Source of the DNA: Deltaproteobacteria bacterium
GTDB lineage: Bacteria; Desulfobacterota_D; UBA1144; Nemesobacterales; CSP1-2
Direction of reading: 5' to 3'
DNA: 64,000 nt
Assembly (NCBI GenBank): GCA_052390235.1
Contig: JBQTHB010000005.1
Span: 288,001-352,000 of the forward strand
The first letter of the stretch is position 1. Every line of letters begins with the position of its first letter. The notes under the pieces were generated by a model, which was not told where the DNA came from, ran no database searches, and worked only from the letters and a program-made list of their open reading frames with translations. Shown here one piece after another: positions 41,465 to 52,992 of the stretch. The position numbers and the translations under genes are program-made.

Positions 41465-42445
41465 TCAGTCTTTGCCTGCGCGCTGCACAGAGATGACTAC
41501 ATTTCCCTTCTTATGCCCTTGTTCGACATATCTGTGAGCATCGGCGGTCTGCTCCAACGGATAACTCCTATCTATGACCGATGTCATCTTTCCTGCCTCA
41601 ATTAACTCTCTGAGAAAAATTAAATCCTCTTTACGCTCGATGGCTACCCCGCCGATGACTCTCTTGCCACTTGTGATATAAGCCCACAGCCCTCGGAGTA
41701 TCGGGGATATATTTATATGCACTGCTCTGAGATAGACGCCGCCTCGCTTTAGAGATTTCAGACAACCCGAGAACGGACTCCTGCCCACAGTATCAAAAAC
41801 AATATCGTAGCCCCTGCCGCTTCGAGTGAAATCCTCTCTCTCGTAGTCAATGACCCTATCGGCTCCTAGAGATTTCACCAATTCCAAATTTGCGCCGCTA
41901 CACACCCCTGTAACCTCTGCCCCAAAGGATTTGGCAATCTGCACGGCGGCAGCGCCTAACGCCCCTGAAGCCCCGTAGATGAGAACCTGCTGTCCGCTCC
42001 GAATCTCTCCCTTATCTCTGAGAAAAATCAGTGAGGTTGTTGCCCCAAAAGGAACGGCGGCGGCTTGCTCATAGCTCATATTGGCGGGTTTTATCGCAAT
42101 TGCCCCTCCTTCAGGCAGGCAAATGTACTCTGCATTCGCGCCCAGAGCGGCTCCAGCGCTGGCAAATACCGGATCGCCCGCTTTGAACTGTGTTACGTCT
42201 CTGCCGACTGCTTCAATTTTTCCGGCTAATTCCGACCCTAGCGCGGTGTTTTTTTTAGGTCTCATGAGGCCGTAGAAAAACCTTATGGGCCATGGGTCTG
42301 CCCTTCGGATACGCACGTCCGCTGAGGTTACGGTTGTCGCGTATATTTTAATCAGTGCTTCATTTTCCCTGGGGGTAGGTTTCGCTACCTCCTTGAGCCG
42401 CATAACATCGGCAGAGCCGTACTCCGTACAGATGACTGCTTTCAT
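41465..42445 (-). CDS. NAD(P)-dependent alcohol dehydrogenase / quinone oxidoreductase (MDR family)
   Basis: MKAVICTEYG, GSELAG, YGASGALG, GHKKGNVVI. Confidence 0.9.
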   Translation of the reverse strand: MKAVICTEYGSADVMRLKEVAKPTPRENEALIKIYATTVTSADVRIRRADPWPIRFFYGLMRPKKNTALGSELAGKIEAVGRDVTQFKAGDPVFASAGAALGANAEYICLPEGGAIAIKPANMSYEQAAAVPFGATTSLIFLRDKGEIRSGQQVLIYGASGALGAAAVQIAKSFGAEVTGVCSGANLELVKSLGADRVIDYEREDFTRSGRGYDIVFDTVGRSPFSGCLKSLKRGGVYLRAVHINISPILRGLWAYITSGKRVIGGVAIERKEDLIFLRELIEAGKMTSVIDRSYPLEQTADAHRYVEQGHKKGNVVISVQRAGKD

Positions 42446-42591
42446 GAACGTCCCTCCAATGTGGCTTTAGCGCCGATTGCCGCAATTCTCTATCCGCAAT
42501 GAGCGCGCAATCCCCAACCACTGATTATAACAAAATCCCTCTCATGTTCCGGGCATCTTGCATCGTAAATCCTTTGGGTATAATTCGCAGT

Positions 42592-44352
42592 ATGCCCGCG
42601 TCGCTAGTGTCCATTGCCTCGGCTCTAAGCCCCCTTGACTGGCTTATTGTAGCCATCTATATGATAGCATCGCTTGCCATAGGGGTTTATTTCACCAGGC
42701 GCGCCAGCAGAAATATGTCCGAGTATTTCGTTTCGGGTCGGAATCTGCCGTGGTGGATAGTTGGCACCTCTATGGTTGCGACGACCTTCGCCGCCGACAC
42801 GCCGCTTGCCGTTACGGGTTGGGTGCGCACAGAGGGGATTTGGAAAAACTGGTTCTGGTGGAATTATGTTTTCAGCCACGTTTTTATTATATTCGTCTTC
42901 TCAAGGCTCTGGCGGCGCGCCGAGGTCATCACCGACAACGAGCTTATCGAAATGCGCTATGGCGGCAGGCCAGCGGCGTTCCTCAGGGGGTTTAAGGCGT
43001 TTTACTTCGCCACGATATTCAATTTTATAGTCATGGGCTGGGTCATAAGCGCTATGGCGAAGATACTAAAGGTATTTTTCGAGGTTGATACCACTGTCGC
43101 CATCGTCTTTTGCATGGCGATAGCCTTTATCTACACCACTATGTCGGGGCTCTGGGGAGTGGCGCTTACGGATTTTTTTCAGTATTTTATCGCCCTTTTC
43201 GGTACGGGCGTGCTTGCGTGGATTGCCGTGAATTCCCCTGAAATAGGGGGATACGCCGGATTCGTTGACAAACTCGGAGGGATTGAAAAGCACCTCGCGT
43301 TTGTGATGACCCCATCCGGCGGCGCTCCGGTTGACGATGATGGGTTTTGGTCGTCGAGCTTTTTTATATTTCTCGCCTACGTTACCGTAATTTGGTGGTC
43401 TTCTCATAACGCCGATGGGGGGGGGTATTTCATTCAGCGGCTCTCCTCGGCGAAGGACGAGCGGCACGCTGTGCTGGGAATGGCTTGGTTTGTGCTGAAC
43501 CACTATATAATTCGATTTTGGCCCTGGGTGCTGGTGGCGGTTTTCTCGCTTATGGTCTATCCCACGGCTGAGCGAACGGGCGGCGACCAGGAGGCGATGT
43601 ATATGACCGTAATTCGGGATTTTCTTGGGCCCGGGCTCAGGGGGCTTCTGTTCGTTACGTTTCTCGCCGCGTTTATGTCAACTATAACGACTCAGCTCAA
43701 CTGGGGGGCATCGTACCTGATGAACGACATCTATAAGCGCTTCATCAAAAAGGACGCAACCGAGGGCCATTACATATTCGTCTCAAGGCTCTCGACGCTT
43801 GTACTCACCGTGCTTGCCGGATATTTTGCCCTTCACATAAAAGAAATCGGCAAGGCTTGGATTTTCCTCTGGGCTATGAGCGCGGGCGTGGGGCTGGTGC
43901 TGATTCTGCGCTGGTTTTGGTGGCGGATAAACGCCTGGTCTGAGATTTCGGCTCTGGCGGCGTCGCTCATTACGATTATCGCCGTTACTCTCTATACGAA
44001 ATTCGAGGGAATCCCGCTTGAACTGAAGCATCAAATCCTCGTTGTGCCTGTCTCAATTGCCGTGTGGCTTACCACTACTCTTCTCACCCCTCCTGAGCGC
44101 CCGGATAAGCTCAGCGGGTTTTACCGTAAAATTCGCCCTTGGGGCTGGTGGGGCGATGCGGCTAGGATGAATCCTGAAATTCAACCTCCGCCCTTTGGGC
44201 CACTGCTGGTGAATTGGGCGCTAGGGGTGGCTTTCGTGCTACTGCTCATGATGGGGACTGGCAAGTTGCTCTTGGGGAATCCTGTGCTTGGTGGGGCGAT
44301 GATTTTAATCTCGCTGGGCATTGGCGCGTGGATTTATCTGCGAATTAAGTAG
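42592..44352 (+). CDS. Sodium:solute symporter family protein
   Basis: EYFVSGRNLPWW, SMVATTFAADTP, QRLSSAKDE, AAFMST; many transmembrane helices. Confidence 0.92.
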   Translation: MPASLVSIASALSPLDWLIVAIYMIASLAIGVYFTRRASRNMSEYFVSGRNLPWWIVGTSMVATTFAADTPLAVTGWVRTEGIWKNWFWWNYVFSHVFIIFVFSRLWRRAEVITDNELIEMRYGGRPAAFLRGFKAFYFATIFNFIVMGWVISAMAKILKVFFEVDTTVAIVFCMAIAFIYTTMSGLWGVALTDFFQYFIALFGTGVLAWIAVNSPEIGGYAGFVDKLGGIEKHLAFVMTPSGGAPVDDDGFWSSSFFIFLAYVTVIWWSSHNADGGGYFIQRLSSAKDERHAVLGMAWFVLNHYIIRFWPWVLVAVFSLMVYPTAERTGGDQEAMYMTVIRDFLGPGLRGLLFVTFLAAFMSTITTQLNWGASYLMNDIYKRFIKKDATEGHYIFVSRLSTLVLTVLAGYFALHIKEIGKAWIFLWAMSAGVGLVLILRWFWWRINAWSEISALAASLITIIAVTLYTKFEGIPLELKHQILVVPVSIAVWLTTTLLTPPERPDKLSGFYRKIRPWGWWGDAARMNPEIQPPPFGPLLVNWALGVAFVLLLMMGTGKLLLGNPVLGGAMILISLGIGAWIYLRIK

Positions 44353-44402
44353 CCTGTGTTTGCAAATCCGCCCATTTAGCTACTTCCTCAAATATGTGCG
44401 CG

Positions 44403-46889
44403 CTAAATCACTATATTCACGAGCCGCTTCGGGACGACGACGACTTTTTTAATTTCCCGTCCGGCGGTGTAATGCCTAATTTTTTCATCCTCGAAAGCGA
44501 CCCTCTTCATCTCCTCTTCAGTAGCGTCGGCGTCCATCGAGATCTGACTCCTGAGCTTCCCGTTCACCTGAAGCACCACTGTTACGGCCGCTCCGGCGAG
44601 GACGCTTCTGTCCCACGCGAGCCACTGCGCTTTCACAAGCGAGCCCCTCTCGCCCAACCCCTGCCAAAGCTCCTGGGAGATATGCGGGGCAATGGGGTAG
44701 AGGAGCTGCGCTATGGCGCGCGCCGCCCGCCTTTTTACCTCTCGATGTGTTTCGTCGTGAAACTTAGACGCCTCGTTGAGCAGTTCCATTACGGCGGCAA
44801 TTGCCGTGTTGAACTGAAACCGCTCGAGGTCGTCGGTAACCTTTTTGATGGTTTTGTTAATTTTAACGAGAAGCGCTCTCGCCTCCGCGCTGAGGTTTGA
44901 TGCGAAGTCTGAATCGGCTCCTAGCCCGCGCCCGGAGTCTGGCGAATCCCTGCACTCATAGACGAATCTCCACACGCGATGCAGAAACCTCGACGCCCCT
45001 TCAACGCCTGTGTCGCTCCAGTCCAAATCCTTCTCGGCGGGGGCGGCAAAGAGCATGAAAACCCTAACGGTGTCTGCGCCGTATTTGCGAATCATATCGT
45101 CGGGGTCAACGATATTCCCTAGTGATTTGGACATCTTAGCCCCGTCCTTTATTACCATCCCCTGAGTGAGCAGGTTCGAGAAAGGCTCATCAACATCGGC
45201 AAATCCTAAATCCCTTAGAACCTTCGTGAAGAATCGGGAGTAGAGCAGATGCAGTATCGCGTGTTCAATGCCCCCTATGTACTGATCCACGGGAAGCCAG
45301 TAGCCGACCTTTGCGGTATCGAAAATCCCCCGCTCGTAGCGCGCCGAGGCGTAGCGCAGAAAGTACCACGACGACTCTACAAATGTGTCCATCGTGTCGG
45401 TTTCGCGCCTTGCAACGCCGCCGCACTTGGGGCATGGCACGCTCATGAACCTCTCTAATTTTCCAAGCGGCGAGCCGCCTTTCCCGGAGAACTCCACATC
45501 GAGCGGAAGCTCTACGGGCAGGTCTGCATCCGGCACGGGCACAGTCCCGCAGTATTGGCAATAGACTATCGGTATCGGCGCCCCCCAGTACCTCTGGCGG
45601 GATATGCCCCAATCGCGGAGGCGGTAGTTCACTTTGCGGCAACCTAACCCTCTTCGCTCTATGAATTCGATGACCTTCTCCTTGCCCTCGCCTGAGGGAA
45701 GCCCCGAAAATTCGCCCGACATTACCATCACGCCCGCCCCTTCAAAGGCGCAGTCCATAGCGCGGGGGTCAAGCTCGCTTCCATCCGGGGAGATGACGGC
45801 TCTCATTACAATCCCGTATTTCGCGGCAAACTCGAAATCCCTCTGGTCGTGCGCCGGCACGGACATGATAATTCCCGTCCCGTACTCCATTAGGACGAAA
45901 TTTGCAATGTAAATCGGCGCCCGCTCGCCCGTGAATGGGTTTATGGAATACGCGCCCGTGAATACCCCCTCTTTTGCCGCTCCCTCGGCGACTCTCTCAA
46001 GGTTGCTCTGCTTCCTCACCCTGCCGATGAACCCCCTTGCCCGCTCCTCCTCAGCCCTCCCTCGGATGAGCGTCTCGACGGCGGGATGCTCCGGGGCTAT
46101 ACAGATGAAAGTAACCCCAAAGACTGTATCCGGGCGCGTGGTGTAAATCTTAAGCGAGTGTACATCGCCCGCAGGCTCTTCGAGGGGGAAATCAATCTCC
46201 GCCCCCGCGCTTTTGCCTATCCAATTCCTCTGCATTGCAAGCACCCTCTCGGGCCAGCCCGCGAGCTTCTCGATGCTCTGGAGGAGTTCCTCGGCGTAAT
46301 CGGTAATCTTGAAGAACCAGCCGTCCATCTGCTTCTGCTCGACTTGGGATTTGCACCTCCAGCAAGCCCCGTCTTCGACCTGCTCGTTTGCAAGCACCGT
46401 CTCGCACGAGGGACACCAATTGACGACCGAGGTCTTTTTATAGGCGAGTCCGCGCTCGAACATACGGGTAAAGACCATCTGCTCCCAACGGTAATACTGG
46501 GGATGGCAGGTTGCGACCTCTCTCGTCCAGTCGTAGCTGAAGCCGAGGCGTTTGAGTTGCTCCCTCATCTGCGCGATATTCTGATAAGTCCACTTCGCCG
46601 GATGCACGCCCCGCTGAATTGCGGCGTTCTCCGCTGGGAGCCCAAATGCGTCCCACCCGATGGGATGAAGCACGTTGAATCCGTTTGACCTCCTGTAGCG
46701 CGCCACAACGTCTCCGATGGTGTAGTTTCTCACATGACCCATGTGAATCCGCCCTGAAGGATAGGGGAACATCTCAAGCACGTAGTATTTCTCGCCGGGG
46801 GCGTTCTCATTGGCTACGTTGACCCTGCTGTCCTCCCAAGCCCTCTGCCACTTCTGTTCAATCGCCTGCGCGTCGTATTGCTCTTTCAT
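44403..46889 (-). CDS. leuS: Leucine--tRNA ligase
   Basis: [20 protein letters not shown] editing domain, SRQRYWG, KMSKS. Confidence 0.98.
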   Translation of the reverse strand: MKEQYDAQAIEQKWQRAWEDSRVNVANENAPGEKYYVLEMFPYPSGRIHMGHVRNYTIGDVVARYRRSNGFNVLHPIGWDAFGLPAENAAIQRGVHPAKWTYQNIAQMREQLKRLGFSYDWTREVATCHPQYYRWEQMVFTRMFERGLAYKKTSVVNWCPSCETVLANEQVEDGACWRCKSQVEQKQMDGWFFKITDYAEELLQSIEKLAGWPERVLAMQRNWIGKSAGAEIDFPLEEPAGDVHSLKIYTTRPDTVFGVTFICIAPEHPAVETLIRGRAEEERARGFIGRVRKQSNLERVAEGAAKEGVFTGAYSINPFTGERAPIYIANFVLMEYGTGIIMSVPAHDQRDFEFAAKYGIVMRAVISPDGSELDPRAMDCAFEGAGVMVMSGEFSGLPSGEGKEKVIEFIERRGLGCRKVNYRLRDWGISRQRYWGAPIPIVYCQYCGTVPVPDADLPVELPLDVEFSGKGGSPLGKLERFMSVPCPKCGGVARRETDTMDTFVESSWYFLRYASARYERGIFDTAKVGYWLPVDQYIGGIEHAILHLLYSRFFTKVLRDLGFADVDEPFSNLLTQGMVIKDGAKMSKSLGNIVDPDDMIRKYGADTVRVFMLFAAPAEKDLDWSDTGVEGASRFLHRVWRFVYECRDSPDSGRGLGADSDFASNLSAEARALLVKINKTIKKVTDDLERFQFNTAIAAVMELLNEASKFHDETHREVKRRAARAIAQLLYPIAPHISQELWQGLGERGSLVKAQWLAWDRSVLAGAAVTVVLQVNGKLRSQISMDADATEEEMKRVAFEDEKIRHYTAGREIKKVVVVPKRLVNIVI

Positions 46890-47028
46890 TAATTAATTAC
46901 CCCTCGGAGTTTGGCTTCAATTTTAGCCTAGGAATTGTAAATCAACCCCCCTAGGGTTTCAAATACGCAGACTCGCTTTTCTGCCACGATAAAATCACGG
47001 TGCGCGAGACGATATTCGGGATGAGAAT

Positions 47029-47113
47029 AGGATTTCTCGCTGTACCCCAAATGACAGGGCAGAGACTCGGAATGACGCTCGCCGCCGTCATTGCGAACGC
47101 ATGGGTGAATCTC
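47029..47113. repeat. Cluster of degenerate GTCAT-type palindromic repeats
   Basis: AGGATTTCTCGC...AAATGACA, CTCGGAATGAC, GTCATTGCGAACG...GAATCTC. Confidence 0.6.
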
Positions 47114-47194
47114 CTACTCTGCATCGTTTTACAATGCCCCTGCTATATATTAGAATTTTCGCCGAGTTAATTACCGATGCGCAGAATCCGGGCA

Positions 47195-48001
47195 ATGAGC
47201 GATGCCACATCAGACCTAGGGGAAATACTGGACGACCTCAGGGGCTACGTCGAATTTCAGAAGGCTCTGGGGCTTCGGGGGGCGTCTGTGCCGGTAAAAA
47301 CCGAATCCGCGCCAGCTCCGAAAATCGGGAGCAAAAATGAGCCTGCGCCGCCGGTATCTGATGCCCAAATGAAACCGGAGGCTTCCCCCTGCGAGCGGCA
47401 ACCGGGCATTTTCGACGCTCCGCCAAAGACTCTCACTCTCGAAGAAATCCGCGCTGAGCTTGGCGACTGCTCTCGGTGTAAGCTCCACGAGACGAGGGCG
47501 AGCATCGTCTTTGGCGAGGGAAACCCTAGGGCGAAACTCGTATTTGTAGGCGAGGGGCCTGGCGAGGAAGAGGACAAGCAGGGCAGACCCTTCGTGGGCA
47601 GAGCGGGGCAACTCCTCACCAAAATCATAGCCGCCATGGGACTCAAAAGGGAGGATGTTTACATCTGCAACGTTGTGAAGTGCCGCCCTCCGGCAAATAG
47701 AGTCCCTGAGCCGGACGAGGTCGCCTCCTGCGAGCCGTTCCTGTTTGGGCAACTCGGCTCCATCGCCCCTGAGGTGGTAGTGTGTCTTGGGGCTACGGCG
47801 GCGCAGGCGATTCTCAAATCCAAGGGAAAGCTCGGCGATGTGCGCGGCAGATTCATCCCCTACAGAGGGGCGAAACTCATGGTAACATATCATCCGGCGG
47901 CGCTGCTGCGAAATCCCGCATTCAAGAAGCCGCTTTGGGACGATATGCAGATTGTGATGAGAGAGCTTGGACTGTCAATCCCGAAAAAATCGGGCGATTA
48001 G
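47195..48001 (+). CDS. Uracil-DNA glycosylase, family 4 (Fe-S)
   Basis: CSRCKL, VGEGPG, PFVG, NVVKCRPP, TYHPAALL. Confidence 0.93.
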   Translation: MSDATSDLGEILDDLRGYVEFQKALGLRGASVPVKTESAPAPKIGSKNEPAPPVSDAQMKPEASPCERQPGIFDAPPKTLTLEEIRAELGDCSRCKLHETRASIVFGEGNPRAKLVFVGEGPGEEEDKQGRPFVGRAGQLLTKIIAAMGLKREDVYICNVVKCRPPANRVPEPDEVASCEPFLFGQLGSIAPEVVVCLGATAAQAILKSKGKLGDVRGRFIPYRGAKLMVTYHPAALLRNPAFKKPLWDDMQIVMRELGLSIPKKSGD

Positions 48002-48067
48002 CTCAGTGGATAGAGCGTTGGTCTCCGAAGCCAAAGGCCGGGGGTTCGAGTCCCCCATCGCCCGCCA
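47992..48067 (+). tRNA. tRNA-Arg(CCG)
   Basis: GGGCGAT/ATCGCCC acceptor stem, TTGGT-CTCCGAA-GCCAA anticodon arm, GGTTCGAGTCC, encoded CCA. Confidence 0.95.
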
Positions 48068-48279
48068 TAATTTCTCTGCCGACCCCATACCGAACCCGTG
48101 ATGGCTACTCCCTGCAGCGATTCTCAACGGGAAGGTTCTCAAATACGGCTCCGGCATCCTCGCGGGTAAGCACGGTGTCATAAAGACCAATATATCAATT
48201 TTAGTACGGGGCGTTTTATTTAGTCAATAATTTATGAGACTCTGCCGATTTGATTTCCCCCTGCTGGGTAAATAGAATA

Positions 48280-48309
48280 TTGACAATTTCATTGAACGTA
48301 GATTATGAT
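48280..48309 (+). promoter_or_regulatory. Putative sigma70 promoter of proA
   Basis: TTGACA-N18-TATGAT. Confidence 0.55.
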
Positions 48310-48345
48310 TCCTAAATAATAAATACAACGGAATATCAGATTTTA

Positions 48346-49644
48346 ATGTCAATGTCAGAAACAACCCTAAGCGCCTCAGCTCAAAACGCCCGCCTCGCAA
48401 AGCTAGCCCGTGAAATCGCCGAGAAAGCCAAAGAAGCCTCAAAGTCGCTTGCAAAAGCCCCCTCAAGCTTGAAGAACAGCGCCCTTCGCGCCGCCGCCTC
48501 CGAGCTTCTCGCCCGCTCCGCGCTCATCCTCGCCGAGAACGCCAAGGACGTAGAAGACGCCTCCAAAAAGGGCCTAGCCCCGGCGATGATAGACCGCCTG
48601 TCTCTGAGCGATGCCCGTATCAAGGCTATGGCGGCGGGAATGCAGGAGGTAGCCGCCCTTGCCGACCCTGTGGGCGAGGTGCTCCGTATGCGGCGCAGAC
48701 CCAACGGACTGCTCGTGGGGAAGATGCGAATACCGCTTGGGGTGATAGGCATAATCTATGAGTCGAGACCGAACGTTACGGCGGATGCGGCGGGGCTTTG
48801 CGTTAAATCCGGCAATGCGGTGATTCTCAGGGGAGGGTCTGAATCCCTGAGGTCGAACGTCGCCATCGGCGCTGTGCTTCGGGACGCGCTCCGCCAAAAC
48901 TCCCTGCCCGAAGACGCCGTCCAAATTATTCCCGTCGCGGACAGGGCGGCGATGCTAGAGATGCTAAAGCTCGAAGAGCAGATAGACCTCATAATTCCGA
49001 GGGGAGGCGAGGGGCTCATTCGATTCGTATCCGAGAATTCGAGGATTCCCGTGCTGAAGCACTACAAGGGCGTGTGCCATATTTTTGTGGATGAGTCGGC
49101 GGATTTCGAGAAGGCCGGGCGTATCTGCATAAACGCCAAGGTTCAGCGTCCGGGGGTGTGCAACGCCATGGAGACCCTGCTCGTCCATGAGAGTATTGCG
49201 GAGCGGTTTTTGCCATTTATAGCCCAGAGATACGAAACCGCAGGCGTCGAGATTCGCGGATGCCCGCGCACCAGAGAGATTCTCCCCAATGCCGCAGCGG
49301 CTTCTGAGGAGGATTGGTACGCCGAATATCTGGATTTAATCCTCAGCGTCAGGGTTGTGCGCAATATAGGCGAGGCTGTCTCTCATATCGAGAAATACGG
49401 CTCTTCCCACACCGAGGCAATCGTTACCGAGAGCTACTCAAACGCCCAGTATTTCATCGCGGCCGTCAATTCGTCAACCATTATCGCCAACGCCTCCACG
49501 AGATTCAGCGACGGCTTCGAGCTTGGATTGGGGGCGGAGATTGGCATCAGCACATCGAAACTCCACGCCTTCGGTCCCATGGGGCTTGAGGAGCTTACCA
49601 CTACGAAATTCATCATCTATGGAGACGGTCAGATTAGAACCTAA
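48346..49644 (+). CDS. proA: Gamma-glutamyl phosphate reductase
   Basis: [47 protein letters not shown]. Confidence 0.97.
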   Translation: MSMSETTLSASAQNARLAKLAREIAEKAKEASKSLAKAPSSLKNSALRAAASELLARSALILAENAKDVEDASKKGLAPAMIDRLSLSDARIKAMAAGMQEVAALADPVGEVLRMRRRPNGLLVGKMRIPLGVIGIIYESRPNVTADAAGLCVKSGNAVILRGGSESLRSNVAIGAVLRDALRQNSLPEDAVQIIPVADRAAMLEMLKLEEQIDLIIPRGGEGLIRFVSENSRIPVLKHYKGVCHIFVDESADFEKAGRICINAKVQRPGVCNAMETLLVHESIAERFLPFIAQRYETAGVEIRGCPRTREILPNAAAASEEDWYAEYLDLILSVRVVRNIGEAVSHIEKYGSSHTEAIVTESYSNAQYFIAAVNSSTIIANASTRFSDGFELGLGAEIGISTSKLHAFGPMGLEELTTTKFIIYGDGQIRT

Positions 49645-49670
49645 AATCCCCTAAGTCAGGAGGACACTCC

Positions 49671-51005
49671 TTGAGGCAAAGACGGCTCGACACCAACTCA
49701 TTTCCCGCCCTCTCGAAACAGACGGCCGCTAGATTAAAAATCGGTTCAAAAAAGACTCTCAATACTGAAAAAAAACCTACCGCCGGAAATTACGGAAACT
49801 ATCCCGAAGAAGAGGTCAGCTTAAGCGAAGAGAGCAGATTCATCCCAATTGATATTGAAGATAAGATAATCTCTGACATCGCCGACCCAGATTTCGACTT
49901 AAAACCCAGCTCCGCCGCCGAAGACGGCGCTGCGGATAAGAAAAAGCCCTCCTCCTCGGATGAAGAATTTCGACTCCTCCAAGTCTATTTTAAGGATATG
50001 GGCGGGGAGCCCCTTCTCACGTCGAGAGAAGAGGTCGAGGTATCGGCGAAGATAAAGAGATGCGAATCCGTCGCCAGAGACCTGAGGCAGAAACTCGACC
50101 TCGCAGTCGGCAGAATAACCGCAGATGGGACGACGGACGCCCCCGTCTCCTCCCAAAAGCGCCGTAGTAGGGACGCCGCAATCCCCATTAAATCGCCGTC
50201 TGGCGAAGGCGCGGGCATCCGCGCAAAGCAGATCCGCAAACTCAGCACCCTCGCTAAGGTCTATATAACCATAGCCAGAAGGTTCAAAGACAAATTCGTC
50301 AAGGCGAATCTAAGGCTCGTCGTGAGCATCGCCAAGCGCTACATGAGCCGGGGACTCCCGCTTCCAGACCTCATTCAGGAGGGCAACGTCGGCTTAATGA
50401 GAGCAGTCGAGAGATTTGACCACACTAAGGGCTATAAATTCTCCACATACGCCTCGTGGTGGATACATCAGGCAATATCGCGCGCCCTGCTCGACCAGAC
50501 CAGAACCATCAGGGTGCCGGTCTATGTGCTGGAGCAGGCGACGAAAGTGCATAAAGTGAGCTCCGCCCTCCATAAGCTATCGGGTAGAAAACCCCTTCCC
50601 GAAGAGATAGCCCAGAGGTCTGGAATCTCCATCGAGGGTGTCAGGCGGGTGCTTGCGGCAACAAAAGAGATAGTTCATCTGGACTCTCCGATACTCGACG
50701 GCGAGAAGGCGACGCTCATCGAATTTATTCCCGACGAGGCGTCCCCCACGCCGGATATAGCCGTTGCCAGAGCGACTCTCAACGAAAAAATTAGGCAGAC
50801 CCTCTCCGCCCTCACCCCGCGCGAGGAGCAGATTCTCAAAATGCGATTCGGCATTGGGTTTGAAACCACTTATACGCTCGACCAGATAGGCAGTTATTTT
50901 GCCCTCACCCGCGAGCGCATAAGGCAGATTGAAAAGCGGGCGCTTGAGAAAATTGAGAATGTGGATTCCGGCACCGGAGGGATGCTTAGGAGTTTTCTCG
51001 AATAG
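49671..51005 (+). CDS. RNA polymerase sigma-70 factor, RpoD/SigA-like paralogue
   Basis: Region 1.2 YFKDMG..PLLT, region 2 NLRLVVSIAK, DLIQEGN and KFSTYASWWI, region 4 TRERIRQIE; start codon uncertain. Confidence 0.9.
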   Translation: MRQRRLDTNSFPALSKQTAARLKIGSKKTLNTEKKPTAGNYGNYPEEEVSLSEESRFIPIDIEDKIISDIADPDFDLKPSSAAEDGAADKKKPSSSDEEFRLLQVYFKDMGGEPLLTSREEVEVSAKIKRCESVARDLRQKLDLAVGRITADGTTDAPVSSQKRRSRDAAIPIKSPSGEGAGIRAKQIRKLSTLAKVYITIARRFKDKFVKANLRLVVSIAKRYMSRGLPLPDLIQEGNVGLMRAVERFDHTKGYKFSTYASWWIHQAISRALLDQTRTIRVPVYVLEQATKVHKVSSALHKLSGRKPLPEEIAQRSGISIEGVRRVLAATKEIVHLDSPILDGEKATLIEFIPDEASPTPDIAVARATLNEKIRQTLSALTPREEQILKMRFGIGFETTYTLDQIGSYFALTRERIRQIEKRALEKIENVDSGTGGMLRSFLE

Positions 51006-51088
51006 TTTTAGCTATTTATCCCTCGGCTAAATCTCTCCGATGCGCAAATGCGAGCCGGCGCTGGAATATTCGGTTAACCTTAAATTGA

Positions 51089-52747
51089 ATGCTTCTCGGG
51101 CTGAATCTCAAAAACTTTGCCATAATTGACGACCTCGCCGTGAGCTTCGGCGGCGGTCTGAACATCATCACAGGGGAGACAGGCGCGGGAAAGTCAATCA
51201 TCGTTGACGCAGTGAATATAATCCTCGGCGATAGAGCCTCCCCGGACATCATCAAATCCGGCGCAAAAGAAGCGCGCATCGAAGCCCTTTTCGACATCGG
51301 CGGGAATGAGCCCCTCAGGCTCAGGCTTGAATCGTTAGGATTTGACGCGGGCGGCGGCGAGCTTGTAATAAGGCGCACCGTCTCGCCGTCGGGCAGAGGG
51401 CGGATATTCATAAACGGCGCCCTCGCCACAGGCGCAATTCTCGCACTGGTAGCCGAGGGGCTGGTTGACATCTTTAGCCAGCACGAACACCAGACCCTCC
51501 TCAAGGAAGAAAATCACCTGCGGCTGCTAGATGAATTCGGCGCTCTTACGGGGATGGTTCAGGATTTCTCCGAGCTTTATCAAAATCTCAGAGCCGCCCG
51601 AAGAGAGCTTGCCGAGCTTGTGCGGCGTCAAAAAGAGGGGATTGAAAAAGAAGAGTTTCTCAACTTTCAGCTCAGCGAAATTGACTCCGCCGCCCTTGAG
51701 CCGGACGAGGACGAGTCCCTCGAAGTGGAGAGGAAAAAGCTCGCCAACGCCGAAGCCCTCCACTCCGTTGCAGAGTCTGGGGTCGCAATTCTCTATGAGA
51801 ACGAACGCTCGGTTCTCGGCGCTCTCCGGCGGCTGTCAGACGAGCTTGGGGATGCGGCAGAGATTGACGCCGCCCTTTTGGAGGTAGCCCGCATTATTGA
51901 TAAATCCATCGTCGAGCTTGAAGAAGGCGCGTTTACGCTCAGAGACTACGCATCAGAAATCCGATTTAATCCCGCGCGGCTCAACGACATCGAGGCGAGG
52001 CTTCAGGAGATTAAGCGGCTCAAGAGAAAATACGGGGCGAGGGTCGCCGATGTTATTGCGCGCAGAGACCATATCGCCCAAGAACTAGGCGCAATAGCCT
52101 CATCGGACGACGCCCATGCCGCGCTCTCGGCGGAAGTTGCCCTGCTTGAATCAGGGCTGGACGCGGCGGCAGGTAAAATCTCTGAAAAGAGGCGCGCCGC
52201 CGCCCAGACCCTCTCAGCTACGGTGGAGCGGGAGCTTGCCGGGGTCGGAATCAAGGGCGGCAGGCTCGCCGTGGAGTTCGAGGGCAGGGCCATTGCTTCA
52301 ACCGGAGGCGACAGAGCGCTTTTTCTCTTTTCGGCAAATCCCGACGAGAAGCCCAAAGCCCTTCAGAAAATCGCATCGGGCGGGGAGCTTTCGCGCATAA
52401 TGCTCATTTTAAAAGACGCGCTCTCGAAAATAGACGGCGGCGCTGTTCTCATATTCGATGAAGCCGATTCGGGCATTGGCGGCGCGGTTGCCGAAGCCGT
52501 GGGGCGCAAGATTAAGAAACTCTCAGCCTCGCATCAGGTCATCTGTATCACTCACCTCGCGCAGGTGGCGAAATTTGCCGACGCGCATTTCAGGGTTGCC
52601 AAGACCTTTCGGGATGGGAAGACCGATGTAGAGGTGAGGGAACTTGCCGGCGAGGAGCGCGTGGGAGAGATAGCCAGAATGCTGAGCGGGATGAAAATCA
52701 CAGAAAAGACACTAGATGCGGCGCGCGAGATGCTCAGAGATCCATGA
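51089..52747 (+). CDS. recN: DNA repair protein RecN
   Basis: TGETGAGKS, SQHEHQ, coiled coil, ASGGELSR, FDEAD, ITHLAQVA. Confidence 0.96.
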   Translation: MLLGLNLKNFAIIDDLAVSFGGGLNIITGETGAGKSIIVDAVNIILGDRASPDIIKSGAKEARIEALFDIGGNEPLRLRLESLGFDAGGGELVIRRTVSPSGRGRIFINGALATGAILALVAEGLVDIFSQHEHQTLLKEENHLRLLDEFGALTGMVQDFSELYQNLRAARRELAELVRRQKEGIEKEEFLNFQLSEIDSAALEPDEDESLEVERKKLANAEALHSVAESGVAILYENERSVLGALRRLSDELGDAAEIDAALLEVARIIDKSIVELEEGAFTLRDYASEIRFNPARLNDIEARLQEIKRLKRKYGARVADVIARRDHIAQELGAIASSDDAHAALSAEVALLESGLDAAAGKISEKRRAAAQTLSATVERELAGVGIKGGRLAVEFEGRAIASTGGDRALFLFSANPDEKPKALQKIASGGELSRIMLILKDALSKIDGGAVLIFDEADSGIGGAVAEAVGRKIKKLSASHQVICITHLAQVAKFADAHFRVAKTFRDGKTDVEVRELAGEERVGEIARMLSGMKITEKTLDAAREMLRDP

Positions 52748-52760
52748 TTCGGGACACGGG

Positions 52761-52915
52761 GGATGAATGCGTTTTTTTCTCACCCCTCCAAGCGAGAGAT
52801 GGGATGGTGAATCGTATTCAAGATTTCTCGCTTTACTCGAAATGACAGAAAAAAATAGTCGAAGTAAGACAGAGAATGAGGTGAAATGATGCGCGCGCAG
52901 AGACGTCATTCCGGG
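52761..52915 (+). repeat. 155-bp inverted repeat, left copy
   Basis: Reverse complement of 54470-54624 with two mismatches seen; contains GTCAT-type palindromes. Confidence 0.92.
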
Positions 52916-52992
52916 ACAAAGAGGGGGGAATCTTGCGTTTTCGCTGTATTTCTCGTCATTACAAACCAGAGATGCGATTGGGAATCTGATTT

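Noticed and set aside
48068..48345. Possible integration site after tRNA-Arg (and likewise next to tRNA-Pro at 6233)
   Set aside because: No duplicated tRNA 3' end, integrase or cargo; the AT-rich stretch is explained by the proA promoter
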